Origin: Octopus sinensis
Lineage: Eukaryota
DNA: 64,000 nucleotides
NCBI RefSeq assembly: GCF_006345805.1
Contig: NC_042998.1
Coordinates: forward strand, 99,758,001-99,822,000
Reading direction: 5' to 3'
Shown one piece after another: positions 38,255-51,543 of this stretch (positions within the stretch are counted from its first letter, which is position 1; every line of letters begins with the position of its first letter). A model generated the notes under the pieces. That model searched no databases and had not been told where the DNA came from. It saw only the letters and a program-made list of their open reading frames with translations. The position numbers were made by a program, and so were the translations under genes.

Positions 38255-38594
38255 TAATTATAAATGCACAAGTCATTTAGTCTAGTAGTGTTCATTTTAT
38301 CACTCTACTGCTATACTTTTTGTCAAAACATTAAAGATTACTGCTGTCTTGTTTGTAAAGCATTTTTCTCCATACTTTCTCCACATAAGCAAGTATTTTA
38401 TGTATTTGATAAAACGAAAAAGAAGCCAGCCAAAATAAAAATTTGAAAAACACAATTGCCTTAATCAAAAAAAACTCATGAGATTATAAAACTTGTTTAT
38501 GACGATAATTTACATTCCAATGATAAAATGAAACAAAATGAACTAAAACAAACTGAACTAAAACAAACTAAATAGTATTCTATAGTGACATTTA

Positions 38595-38628
<34 letters not shown>

Positions 38629-40899
38629 GTGTAAAATCTGTAAAATGGCGTTCTTTCACAAAAGGCAGATGCTTGTTTTGTGTGTTTATGAACAGCTTTG
38701 ATAATACTGAATAATCTGGTCGTTTAGTACTATTGATGTTGAGAACGGTTTCAAAATAATGCTCACACGCACGCACACATATATGTATTCATTTATAAGT
38801 GCATACACACAGTCGGTGAATATGCACTGAAACAAGAGTGGATGCACGTGAGAACAACACACACACGCACACACACACATACATATGTACATACCCATAA
38901 ACATATCTATCTATCTACCTATGTGTCTGTCTGTCTATCTGTGCGCGCGCGCGTGTTTGTGTAATGGACTCTCTCGTTAAGATTGACTCATTTAATTAGC
39001 TTGCAAAGTGGTTGAGTATTCCAAAAACATGTGTATCTTTAATGTAATTCTCAACTGGAATAAATAACAGTTACAGTGTGACAAAGTTAGGCCTTTGAAT
39101 AACGGAACAGTTTATCTCTTGAGTTTCCTCACAATTTTCTATGGCCGATTCACTAACATGGCTTAGTTCTATCCGAGGCTTTGGTAAAAGACAATCACCC
39201 AAAACGTCACACACTGAAATCAAACCCAGAACTTTTGGCAGTGAAACCAAATAAACATGGAACTCTCATTAGCCACGAAAACCACAATCCGCGTATTTTC
39301 GGCATGTTTAAAGTCCAAAGACTTTAAATTCAGTAGTACCACTCCTCTGATTGTGCAAGTAATATGTTTTATATCACACAAATAAAACAAGATTATAAGA
39401 CATGACGTGAAACAAGCGAAAACGTGGCTTAAAAAACGCTGAAATCTGAAACAAAATAACTTTAGAAGAATGTACAGAATTTAAATAAATATGTCAAAGA
39501 AAGGAATAGAGGACAAGCGTTTTGTGTTATAACTTTATCAAAAAGAAGGAAAAAAGGAAAAGTGAAGCAAGAAAAAACGAAAAAGAAAAAAACACCACAT
39601 TCACGACGTCTGTTAACATGGCAGGCTTAGTGTTAAAAAGAAGCATGTTGTATACTGATTTACAAACGTATATGTACACTTACATTTTAAAATATTTTCA
39701 AGATTTATATTATATATCATGTTTTGTATCAACTGTGCGACTTTTCTTCAAAATAAATTTATTTTCAACATTAAATTCTTTAGTGTTAGAGATTGTTCGA
39801 CCTGCAAGAAATAACTACCAAATTTCCCTGAAATTGCAGCAGCATCTTCTAATTGGTATTGTTCCTGACTACATTAGATATGCTATTGGATGCACGATGC
39901 ATGAAAACAAAAACGATTTTAATAACTGAAACATCTTTGATTAGGACGGTCTGGTTAGGCGAAATACAGCAATGTCAACAACAGCCAGAAATCTGTTCTC
40001 TGAATTAAGGTGTGGCGAAAGAATGATATACTGCTCTGTTTCGCAACACTTTGTAGTTATTTAATAGGGAGCTATTAAAAATCAGTTATAGAGGAATTCT
40101 TCAACTGTTGACATTGCTACAGAATGTCAACTATTTTGATTTATCAAAGCTTTCATTATTTCTTTATTCATTACAGTATTTTTGTTTGTTTGGAAATGGC
40201 GGTGGGCTGGTATAAAATGGTAGGGCACCGAACATGAAAGGCTTGCAGTGTTTAAAAAAAATCATGGATGTTAATTACTAACAGACGAGTCATCCACATA
40301 AAAACAGTTCAGTTAGCGTTAACGTATCTAGTGTAGTGAATATGAAAGATTTAATGAAAAATAATTATGCAGTGAAGAAAAGGCAACATTAGTTCAACTT
40401 TTAATACTGCCTTATATTTCAATCAATATCGAACTAATTCTTTTATAACCATATAGTCATTTCGAAATAGTGGTACCGTGGAAATTCTATTTGGAAATGC
40501 TCTTACCTCTTTTTAATGATTAAATTTATAAATTCTTATAACTTTATTTCATTTTGTCAATGATTTCGAGTATCTTCGCTTTCATCCTAGAATTAATTTT
40601 GTTGAAAGCGTAAAACACAAACTTAGTAGAACATGTAAGCGTTATATAAGAGGATAAGTACCGGGGAAGGGCAACAAGGCTGCAGATGAAATTTAAAGAG
40701 AATCAGCTGCTTACTTTGGCACGAAGGTTTTTGAGATGGAAAACTGGCGTTAACTTCCAGCAATTCTTAACCTGATAGTGGTACGCATGGAAGTGTCATC
40801 AACCGGGTTCGCCCGTGATGTGCGCAGAGCGACGAAAATTTCTAAATGCATTCGTTAAGTATCTGAGCATTGTTGATTTGTGGAGTTTTGTAAAACAGC

Positions 40900-41345
40900 G
40901 CAGATGTACGCAACCCATTGCAGATATAGCCATACGACAGTCTCGGTTTCATGCGATACAGCGTAGAGTAAAATTTTGAGTAAGTTTTATGGGGGCTCTA
41001 ATCAGTTTAGATCAATCGAAAGCTTTGGATGGAGTCGACCATCGTTGTCACTTAGAGAACTTATCCGACTATCGGTTAGATCATTGTGAGTGTTGCCCCC
41101 GCCGGCTTCTTTTAACTGGGAAGGGGAGGCATTTTCCCCTTTGCCTAGTGGCTATGGAGAAAGCGGTTGTGTAATTGACATGACGAAACAGCTGAAGTCA
41201 GACAGTCACTCTTTTCTTCGAGAAAGTTGTCATCGACGTTTTCGATTAGTTCTTAAAGAGGGAAGTACGGGTGTAAAATAAAAATAGCAAGAGAGGCTAT
41301 CACAGACAGTAACAGTAATAATGTGGCAAAGATGAAAGCCCTGGA
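40900..41345 (+). mobile_element. L1/Tx1-like LINE relic, heavily deleted
   Basis: GALISLDQSKALDGVDHR (RT motif LDQxKAFDRVDH), followed directly by C-terminal-like LCLVAMEKAVV...FLKREVRV...NVAKMKAL. Confidence 0.55.
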
Positions 41346-41914
41346 TGCTGCTTTTAGAGAACCACCAGTTACCACTTCAGAAATTGTCGGAATGAAAGCA
41401 AGCAAAATCGTTTCGTCCTTTGTGTCCGTAGAGGCTGATGACAATTGTGAAACCGAGTGCTTCCTCCAGCAGTACAAGACATCCCAAGACAGCAGTACAC
41501 TATAGCATGTTCTTATTGCGACAGGAAGAAAGTAAATATTGGAGAAATGTGGTGAATTATTAGTAAAAGGAAGAATGAACGAAGAGAGTGAGCCCTCTCA
41601 GCTGACAAACAACCCAATGGAAGTCATTTGCGAGTAGATGCCGCTCACACACAGTGTCTGAACTTTATCTTACTTAGAAACAATAATTTTTGTTCAAAGC
41701 TAATTGTGGCCCTGACTGTATACAATTGAAAGATACAGCTCCGACTGAAAAAGAGTTGGTGGTCAAGTAGCAGGAATCACAAGAAGAAAAGTGACTGATA
41801 GAACAATATAAAGGGTCACTCAAAATCAGGGATTATAGCCTAAAAGATGTAAGATCCTTCACGGCTCCAATAAAGCCGAAATTGCTTATGCGTAATCTTG
41901 ATCAATCCACTTTT

Positions 41915-43820
41915 TCCCAAGAATGTGCGAAAAATTTAAACTGAAGGAATTATCACCTGACCTGTTTAAATACCTCATCTTTGTTAAATGTTTGACGGCA
42001 AACAAAGATGCAGGAATATGTGCACGGATCCTTGCAAAACTAGAACAAGAAGACTAGAATTTAACCCTGCAGGCAGTAGTAGAGGAATGTCAAAGAATTA
42101 TCAACCTGCGACAGGACATAAAGAGAATTGAAAAAAAAAACATTTCTCTCAAGTACTGATATGTCGACTGGGAATAAATAAAGAAAAAAGAATCTTACGA
42201 CCAAATTCATGCTATGGGTGTGGAGGTTTATATTTTAAGAAAGACTATCCATTTAAAACTCAGAAATGTTTTAGTTGTCATAAAAAAGGACATAAAAGTT
42301 CGCACTGAATAGCGAAGCAAAAAAGCTCGAAAAAAAATGATACATCTAAAGTAACTATCAACGGAAAGTCGTGACGACACCCCCCAAAAAAGTACGTGTA
42401 TGTAAAAATAAATGATGCGAAAGTGAAACTACAACTAGACATAGGTAGCGACGTTACAATTATTGATACTGACACGTGGAAGAAAATTGGGAAATCTACA
42501 TTAAAGAAAACATCGGAAAGTGCGCGAGGCGTCACAGGTGAAAAACTATACTTCTTAGGCAAAATGGCAAGCAACATTACATTTCGGGGTAAAACCTGTA
42601 AAGCAAAATTGTTTGTGTTAAAAAATGCAACAAACTTGTTAGGTACTGACTGGATGAAGTTGTTTGATTTATGGGGCCTCCCCATAAATCTCTTCTGTAA
42701 AAACATAAATGATTGTTCCTCCAGTAAGAATAAGGCGTCAGATGGATCGAAGAAAAAATTTTTAAATGTTTTTCCTGAAGTGTTGTTGGATAAATTAAGT
42801 TTGTATACTAAGACTGAATATGCCTCCTCCGACTAATATAACGACCGTACAAGTTTTTCTAGGACTAGCGAATTATTATCAAATTTATATCCCAAATATG
42901 CATGAATTGAGAGCCAACTAAATGAATTGCTACATATGGATGTGAAGTGGAATTGGTCAAACAATTGTCAAAAGTTGTTTGACGATATTAAAAAAATATT
43001 AATACCGGATTTGTCGTTGGCTCATTTCGATCCTGCAGCGAAGATTGTTGTAGCTTCTGACGCTTCTGAATACGACAGAAGAGCTGTAATGTTATACAAA
43101 TATAAAGACGGTAATATGAAGGCAGTGGGTCATGCCTCATGGTCTCTGATAGCAGTAGAGAAAAAAGGATATAGTCAAATAGAGAAAGAATCTTTAGCGA
43201 TCATTTTTGCCGTGAAGAAATTTCACAGATTTTTGCACGGCAGAAGTTTTCGACTACAAACTGATCACTGACCATTATTATCAATTTTGGGGTCGAAGAA
43301 AGGAATTCCTACCCATTCTGCAAATGGGTTACAATGCTTGGGTACGATATTGTTGAATTACGACTTTAAAATGGAGTATATACCATCCAAGAGATTAGGC
43401 CATGAGGATTGTTTATCAAGGCTAATTTAAAAAAAAAATACGGAAGTATTCGAAGATCTGTGATTGCCGCATTGCGAGAAGAAAATGAAATAAAAAACAT
43501 TTTTTGTAACCTCATTCGGGAGCTGCCAGTAACTGTTCAAGATATAAGATTAAAATCGAAGAATGACAAATTCATTGCAAAGGTGAAAGAAACGTTGAAG
43601 GTAAACGAAAATAAAAATATACGTAACACAAATGCGAACCATTTCTCTCTGTGCGATAATATGTTGATGTACGCACAAAGAATTGTAGTTCCAGCCGCAC
43701 TACAAAAACATGTATTAAGTGAATTTCATATGGGACACCTAGGGATTTCAAGAATGGAATCAGTAGTGAGGAGTTACGTGTTTTGGCCTATTATGGACCT
43801 TGATATTATGGACCTTGTCA
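41915..43820 (+). mobile_element. Ty3/Gypsy LTR retrotransposon remnant (Mag / K02A2.6-like): gag, protease, RT C-terminus, RNase H, integrase N-terminus
   Basis: gag LIFV...ILAKLEQ...EECQRIINL; two knuckles CYGCGG and CFSCHKKGH; protease LDIGSDVTII; MPPPTN...FLGLANYY; RNase H SDASEY...YSQIEKESLAIIFAVKKFH...LQTDH; IN zinc region HMGHLGISRM. Multiple stops. No LTR recognised. Confidence 0.92.
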
Positions 43821-44055
43821 CAGAGAGTGACAAGGCCGGCCCTTTGAAATGCAGGTACAAAAGAAACAGGAAGTAAGAGTGAGAGAAAGTTGTGGTGAAA
43901 GAGTACAGCAGGGATCACCACCATCCCCTGCCGGAGCCTCGTGGGGCTTTAGGTGTTTTCGCTCAATAAACACTCACAACGCCCGGTCTGGGAATCGAAA
44001 CCGCGATCCTATGACCGCGAGTCCGCTGCCCTAACCACTGGGCCATTGCGCCTCC
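43819..44055 (-). mobile_element. SINE-C (middle M1, tail T1, tail truncated at the Gypsy junction)
   Basis: Head rc GGAGGCGCAATGGCCCAGTGGTTAGGGCAGCGGACTCGCGG with B-box GGTTTCGATTCC. Confidence 0.9.
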
Positions 44056-44944
44056 TTATTTGGGAATACATCAAGTGGAGGCAGTCAGTGTCTACCCCGT
44101 TCCGTGGTACTATATATATCACACTGTGTATGACACTAAGGTGACATACACAGAAACCACGTTATAAAACTGTTGCTGCTACTGTTAATATTTTTTGTGT
44201 TTTTGTTCTGGCTTTTATTTAAATAGGCGTCGTAATTTTCAAGACTGCATAAAAATAGATGGAATAAAACACATGAATTTCAATTTGAAAAGGAAATAAC
44301 AAAACCAAGGACAAATATTCCATTGTTACCTTCAATAGTTTGTACTGAATGTGCGCAAATGTACATGATGGTAAAATTCCCATGGAAAAATGATTATTGT
44401 CAAAACATAGTTGCGAAAATAGTGTAGTGCTTTTCGTGTTTGCTTTTGTTCTGCTCTGCTAAATGAGATGTGTGGTTAAGAAATTCGCTTCACAACCACG
44501 TTGTTCCAAGTTCGATCCTACTGCATAGTAACTTGGGCAATATGTTGTATTCTATCACAGTTTCGAGTCGGCCACTACTGTGCAGCCAGAGTATCGCAGA
44601 CGAAAATAGAAACTGTGGAAACCCATGGAATCTAACTCTCTCTCTCTCTCTCTATGTATATATATAGACCCTACGATGGAATTTATAACGGTTTGATGCA
44701 TCGCTATGCGTATTAAATGTTTATAAATTCTATCCTAGGGTTATTGTTAATAGTATATTTATCCTACATTATATCGGTATAACTTGATGCAACCAATAAT
44801 AAATGGCTCATTAGTCAACATAATTAGACGGTGGCCGGCATAATGAAATAGAAGCTTTATTTGCATATTCAAAATGTTACCATAAACACTACCTCCTTTT
44901 TCTCAACAGACAATATCTGTAAACGCGTAGAGCAAGAAAGTTTA

Positions 44945-45046
44945 CATGTCCGTTGCGTAGGTCCTTGGACAGGTGTCTCCTACTATATCCCCGGTTCAGC
45001 CAGGGCCCTGTGAGTGGATTTGGTAGACAGTAACTGTAAACGTGTG

Positions 45047-45107
<61 letters not shown>

Positions 45108-45350
45108 GTGTGTGTGTAATCTGAATGTCCTTGTGTTTATCCCCCACCACTTCTTGACAACTGAGGTTCGTTTATTTACCTCTCCGAAATTTAACGGCTC
45201 ATCAAAAGAGATGATAGAATACGTATTAGACTTTAGAAAAGTAATAAATGGATTGGAGTGGATTTGTTCGGCCCAAAAACCTACAAGCCTGTGCCCTAGC
45301 ATGACCACAGTTAAATGACTGAAACAAGTAAAAGATAAAAGAGCTACGCA
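44945..45350 (+). mobile_element. SINE-B, diverged, internal (CA)28(TG)6
   Basis: gtgagtggatttggtagac core and gtgccctagcatgaccacagttaaatgactgaaacaagtaaaagataaaag tail. Confidence 0.75.
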
Positions 45351-47636
45351 TGAGAGAATTAAAGTTTGATTCTTCGTGAAAACAAGCAAAATTTCAAGTC
45401 AAATTAAAGAATTCAACATTTATGTAGAGTAGATAAAATTATTTTCTAAATATCGAGTGCGATTAATGCACAATTTTTTTCTTTTCTTCTCGAGTTTGTC
45501 AAGCATTAATAGAAAGTAATTGATAACGAAATTGATAATTCTAATTCGTAAATACACCGAGTACTACGAAGAAGAAAGGGAAGCAATAAAAACAACGAAG
45601 CAAGAAGAGTTTAATAAGTTTGTAGAGAACGGCTATATGCTATTTTAGGTGGGAACTCACGAAAAGCTTAATCAAAAGAAGTGTCGAAATTTTAATAATA
45701 TAAAAAGTATAATATATAAGAATAAACATGTACTGTATAAAATATACAGAATTGCGAAATTGAATGTTTGCACATATCATTAACATCGTACTTATAAACT
45801 TTCATATGGAATGATGATGAAAATAATGGGATCATTTGGATAAGTTCCAATGGTAGGTAGAAAAAAGATGCATTATGATGGACAGTTTCAAAGGTTAGTA
45901 AGTTCTCATATAAATGTAGGTGTTACATGAACGTAAAATTAGTGGTGCCATGTCGCTTCCACCTGAGAATTAATCTAAAGATACATATATCAGCTACATG
46001 TTAATTCAACGTACGTGGTAGTATAGTTAGTTGATCGAACAACTTAATGCTCATGGTCGAAAATTCTGACCGTGACATGTGTACACATTACAAGGGAGGA
46101 GATAACAATTTCTTCAAAATATTTGGTGAGATCAGAAATTTGAATTTGATACTAAGCGATTGTAAGGAAAACAATGCATAAAATTAAGTTTTCAGTTCCT
46201 TCTTTTTTTTTTTTACTCCTTTCGAATTTCATAACATTTCTAGCCAGTTGTAATCATGTATAAAACTATTTCATTCTTCTTAAAAATCGTCAGTATGATA
46301 TATAACCTGGGATTTATTAAACATTCTATGAAGCGAAGTGCTTCTTTTAGATGGAACATACACACACACACATGTGTGTGTGTAATCTGAATGTCCTTGT
46401 GTTTATCCCCCACCACTTCTTGACAACTGAGGTTCGTTTATTTACCTCTCCGAAATTTAACGGCTCATCAAAAGAGATGATAGAATACGTATTAGACTTT
46501 AGAAAAGTAATAAATGGATTGGAGTGGATTTGTTCGGCCCAAAAACCTACAAGCCTGTGCCCTAGCATGACCACAGTTAAATGACTGAAACAAGTAAAAG
46601 ATAAAAGAGCTACGCATGAGAGAATTAAAGTTTGATTCTTCGTGAAAACAAGCAAAATTTCAAGTCAAATTAAAGAATTCAACATTTATGTAGAGTAGAT
46701 AAAATTATTTTCTAAATATCGAGTGCGATTAATGCACAATTTTTTTCTTTTCTTCTCGAGTTTGTCAAGCATTAATAGAAAGTAATTGATAACGAAATTG
46801 ATAATTCTAATTCGTAAATACACCGAGTACTACGAAGAAGAAAGGGAAGCAATAAAAACAACGAAGCAAGAAGAGTTTAATAAGTTTGTAGAGAACGGCT
46901 ATATGCTATTTTAGGTGGGAACTCACGAAAAGCTTAATCAAAAGAAGTGTCGAAATTTTAATAATATAAAAAGTATAATATATAAGAATAAACATGTACT
47001 GTATAAAATATACAGAATTGCGAAATTGAATGTTTGCACATATCATTAACATCGTACTTATAAACTTTCATATGGAATGATGATGAAAATAATGGGATCA
47101 TTTGGATAAGTTCCAATGGTAGGTAGAAAAAAGATGCATTATGATGGACAGTTTCAAAGGTTAGTAAGTTCTCATATAAATGTAGGTGTTACATGAACGT
47201 AAAATTAGTGGTGCCATGTCGCTTCCACCTGAGAATTAATCTAAAGATACATATATCAGCTACATGTTAATTCAACGTACGTGGTAGTATAGTTAGTTGA
47301 TCGAACAACTTAATGCTCATGGTCGAAAATTCTGACCGTGACATGTGTACACATTACAAGGGAGGAGATAACAATTTCTTCAAAATATTTGGTGAGATCA
47401 GAAATTTGAATTTGATACTAAGCGATTGTAAGGAAAACAATGCATAAAATTAAGTTTTCAGTTCCTTCTTTTTTTTTTTTACTCCTTTCGAATTTCATAA
47501 CATTTCTAGCCAGTTGTAATCATGTATAAAACTATTTCATTCTTCTTAAAAATCGTCAGTATGATATATAACCTGGGATTTATTAAACATTCTATGAAGC
47601 GAAGTGCTTCTTTTAGATGGAACATACACACACACA
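45103..47636 (+). repeat. Direct tandem duplication, unit ~1266 bp, apparently identical
   Basis: Constant 1266 offset (ctgaatgtcc at 45121/46387; atggaacata at 46351/47617). Only difference I saw is one GT unit at the start. Both ends lie in (CA)n. Confidence 0.95.
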
Positions 47637-47834
47637 CCATAATTTGATGGACAATCTTTCCTGTTTTGCTTCACTTCATATATGTATTCTGCGAATTATT
47701 CAGCTCTAAGGACCAACTAAATGAAATTCGAACTATAATACTAGTCTTCTTCACAACTTCCCTTTGGATATACACGAATACACATGAAGTTCTAAGACTG
47801 GTTATTTGTTGTGCAATTTAAATCGTGCTATATA

Positions 47835-47875
<41 letters not shown>

Positions 47876-47932
47876 TCTTGTGCCCTCAACTCCTTATGAA
47901 ATCGAGTTTCGGCAGAATTTGAACTTAATACC

Positions 47933-48165
47933 TATTTCTTTACTACCCACGAGGGGCTAAACATAGAGGGGACAAACAAGGACAGGTAAACGGATTAAGT
48001 CGATTGCATCTACCCCAGTGCGTAACTGGTGCTTAATTTATCGACCCCGAAAGGATGAAAGGCAAAGTCAACCTCGGCGGAATTTGAACTCAGAACGTAA
48101 CGGCAGGCAAAATTCCGTTAAGCATTTCGCCCGGCACGCTAACGTTTCTGTCAGCTTGCCGCCTT
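47933..48165 (-). mobile_element. SINE-A, long-tail, full length, 17-bp TSD
   Basis: TSD AATTTGAACTTAATACC at 47916-47932 and 48166-48182. Confidence 0.95.
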
Positions 48166-49231
48166 AATTTGAACTTAATACCGATGGAGCACTGCAACAC
48201 CTTTAGCACTTTATTGAGTGTATTATGGATTTATGTATCCAACGTTGGTATTGTAATTGTTGTTCTTTCGCTTTTGGTCAGATCCGATCAAGCAGATTTA
48301 TGATCAAAGGCGTTTTAGTCTCGACCATATCTCTACCTTGTAATACTCAGGACTACTATGTCATTTTCTTTTAAGCTAGTTAAGTTTGATTTGTTTGCTA
48401 TTTTTAACAGGTTAAGCAAGTGGCAGTAGCTCCTTGTTTCAAGTGTATATGGTTGTTGTTATTTAGTACTAAGTCAACTTTGGGTAGATCAGTGATCAAT
48501 GGTGTTCCAGCTGTGACAATGCTTGTCTTTTTTTAAGCGTTAGAGATTTGAGATTTGAGTGCTACTTTTAGAGAATTGAGCGAACTCATAAAGGTTACAT
48601 TAGCTCTTGAACCTAAAGTTGACGTTATCGTTATTGCTGACTTCCAGAACAACAATCTACAAAGGTATTATATCTATGACCACCCTGTCCTCCTCCTGGG
48701 CACTACTATATGTTGTCTATATTAGTTTATATGTGTCTACAAAGAAGGCACATTAGACAATATAGTCCTGGATAAACAAGACAATGACCCAACCATAGAT
48801 GAAATGTCTTTCATCATAGGTCTTCTCAATCAGGGCTGACCTTGAGTTCAGTAGTATGTGCTCGACAACTTACTAATGTTTCCGACTGCTGGTATCCCTT
48901 AGAAGTTATTCTTTATATAAACTAACTAGAAAAAGTCAAGTTTTGTTTAGTGGTTTTAATGTTTTTGATTTTTATTGTTTTAATTCCTTAGAAAAAACTT
49001 TTTCGGTTTTGTGGAAAAATATGGGCAATGCAACTGATATTATTGATAGTACTGGGTAATATGGAAGATAGACAGGTGAACAAAGATGTGACTTGTAGTT
49101 GGTTAAAGTGGAGTCGAAGAGTTAAAAAGATCTGTAAGCTGATTAGTTATTGACAAGGAGATGGCTGTAATGTCGGATTATCACAACGTTATTCATGATT
49201 TCGATCGATATATTATCTCTGAACCGTCTTC

Positions 49232-49350
49232 AGATATTACATTTTTTGTTGCAAAAAATGTGAGTGCTTGCAAAAATAATGCACCAAAAAAGATATATTT
49301 TTGTTGCAAAAAATGTGAGTGCTTGCAAAAATAATGCACCAAAAGAAGAT
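49232..49350 (+). repeat. 55-bp tandem duplication
   Basis: gcaaaaaatgtgagtgcttgcaaaaataatgcacc at 49251 and 49306. Confidence 0.9.
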
Positions 49351-50912
49351 ACCCCTTTCAAAAGTTAGTGAAGAAAGCACTCAAAAAGATAATTTTATAA
49401 TCCGATTAAATAATACTATTCTCGTGAAAAACACACACACACAAACAAACAAGATGTCCATATATGTGCGCTGTAAGTTGGATTTTGATTTTCTAAGAGA
49501 ATTTTCTCTTGTTCCTTTACTCTGCTTGCATAGAACGAGATCGAAATGTCCAAAATTGAATTAAACTTTATTCCACGCTTAAAGAAGACAAAAATGAAAC
49601 GTTTGGTTCTGAATTAGCAGAGTAAGTTCAAGGTTCTGTTGTTTAAAAATAGGTCGTTAAAGACAGTCGGTTCCTGGTACATATTTTGTGATAAGTCTTC
49701 TTATCTTAAGATTAGTTTCTTACCGCTGTTAAAGGCCACTAGGTTATCAGACGTCTATTATAGAACGCACTAAAGCAATAAATGAAGAATCCTATAAAAA
49801 TCAGAAATTTTAATCTTTTGCTAGATTTTTATTCTTAGGCAACGAGAAATCGACAGTATTTCCCTGCTGTGGACATCAGAGTTTAAAGTTCATTTTTGCT
49901 TCAGTTCACACATAGACATCAGAGAAATTGATGAAGTGAACTTTTAGTTGATATCTTCCTACCATCTGAAAGACGATCACCTTATCAGTTTACTTATTGC
50001 TATAACTTTCTTTGCATTTTCTTTCTACTTGACCTGTGGCCAACAACATTAGCCTTCAGTATGTCAATATTATTTACTTGATTTTATAAACGAACTCGTT
50101 AAAAGAAAATAAATAGTTTTTTTACTATCGTTTTTACATATAATTTCGCTAACATGTCAATGTTATGTTTACCCTTGCCCTCGGTATTTTTTGTATAAAA
50201 TTTCAAACTTTACTGAAATACTTTCAATACTCCAGTTTATCAGGAATATTTATCTTTTAGATGTTTTACACGCACACACACACTCACACACATGCAGGTA
50301 AATATCTAGTCTTAGTATTCTTTCGGGACATTTATAGAAACTTCAGAAACTATTTGTAGCGATTTAACACTAGTTTAGTTCGGTTTTAGAATGATGTTTG
50401 GTAAGGAAATAAATAGACGAAATCAACTACATTTGAACTTGAATTTTATGTTTTAGAAAAGTTTTACATTTAAATACATGATTTTATTTTTTATCACCTG
50501 ATTTATTAATGTAATTCCACAGACTGACATACAATACATCAAGTTATATTGCTTATATGAATCAAGTTACGCTGCATTGTAAAGTAAATTGATTATAAAA
50601 TATATTCAGTTTAAAATTTTTCCATTGAGTTGATTGTTTAAAAGTAGTTTTGTTACATGAATCTCAATAAATAATATATGAGCAATTAATTACATCGCGC
50701 AAGAGTTATTTTAGTCATCTAAACACACATAAAAGCTGTTAAATTCGCTTTGGTTTATTTCTTGATGTATTAAGTTTTTCGGCGCACTAATGTGATTTGG
50801 TTACTGTTACAGTTCCTCTTCAAATCATCTTACTTGCAAGACAAGTGTAACTTTGAAATATTGTATGAATCTTGTAAAATTTTCAGTGGAGAATTTTTGA
50901 AAAAAAGGTGCC

Positions 50913-51543
50913 GGATCTTTACCTTTTGACCTACAGATTAAAAAAATAATTTTTTGTAGCTAAACACTTTCAAACTTCGGACACTGATAGACTGTGTCAT
51001 ATAAAACATCTTTTACTCTTAAGCATTTTTGAGAAAAACTTATATTTACGAAGTTATTTCATGTTAAAGTTATAGTATTTCGGTAATTTCAACAAATCAA
51101 TGACGTGTATTCAACTGAATAAAATTACTGCCGTTGTTTGTCAACAACTATCGGCGGTGTATTTTTCGTTTGTCACAGTTATTTATGACATCGTTCGTGC
51201 GTTTGTACTGGTTTTAGCTTTAAGGTTTTAGGGTCAGGGTTGTGGTTTTAGGGTGAGGGTTGTCATAAATAACAGTGAAAAACGAAAAATACACCGCCGG
51301 GAGTTTTTGTTGACAAACAACAGCAGTAATTTTATTCAGCTGAATACACGTCATTGATTGGTTGAAATTACCCAAATACTACAACTTTAACGTGAAATAA
51401 CTTCCTAAATATAAGTTTTTCTCAAAAATGCTAAGATATTTTATATGACACATTCGATGTTTTATATGATACAGTGTCCGAAGTTTGAAAGTGTTTAGTT
51501 ACAAACATTTTTTTTAATCTTGTAGGTCAAAAGGTAATGATCC
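50913..51543. mobile_element. Foldback / long-TIR non-autonomous element (631 bp) with telomere-like spacer
   Basis: Arms 50913-51190 and 51261-51543, roughly 90% complementary by eye. 70-bp spacer with two 20-bp GGTTTTAGGGT(C/G)AGGGTTGT units. Confidence 0.92.

Noticed and set aside
39784-39855. 72-nt symmetric exon LEIVRPARNNYQ...
   Set aside because: Its reverse complement matches dispersed repeat family D.
42396-42836. Aspartic protease ORF as a domesticated host gene
   Set aside because: Embedded among stop-ridden gag, RNase H and integrase remnants, with an altered catalytic motif (DIG); a decaying retrotransposon is sufficient.
43813-43836. CCTTGTCAC-AGAGA-GTGACAAGG hairpin
   Set aside because: Incidental product of the Gypsy/SINE deletion junction.
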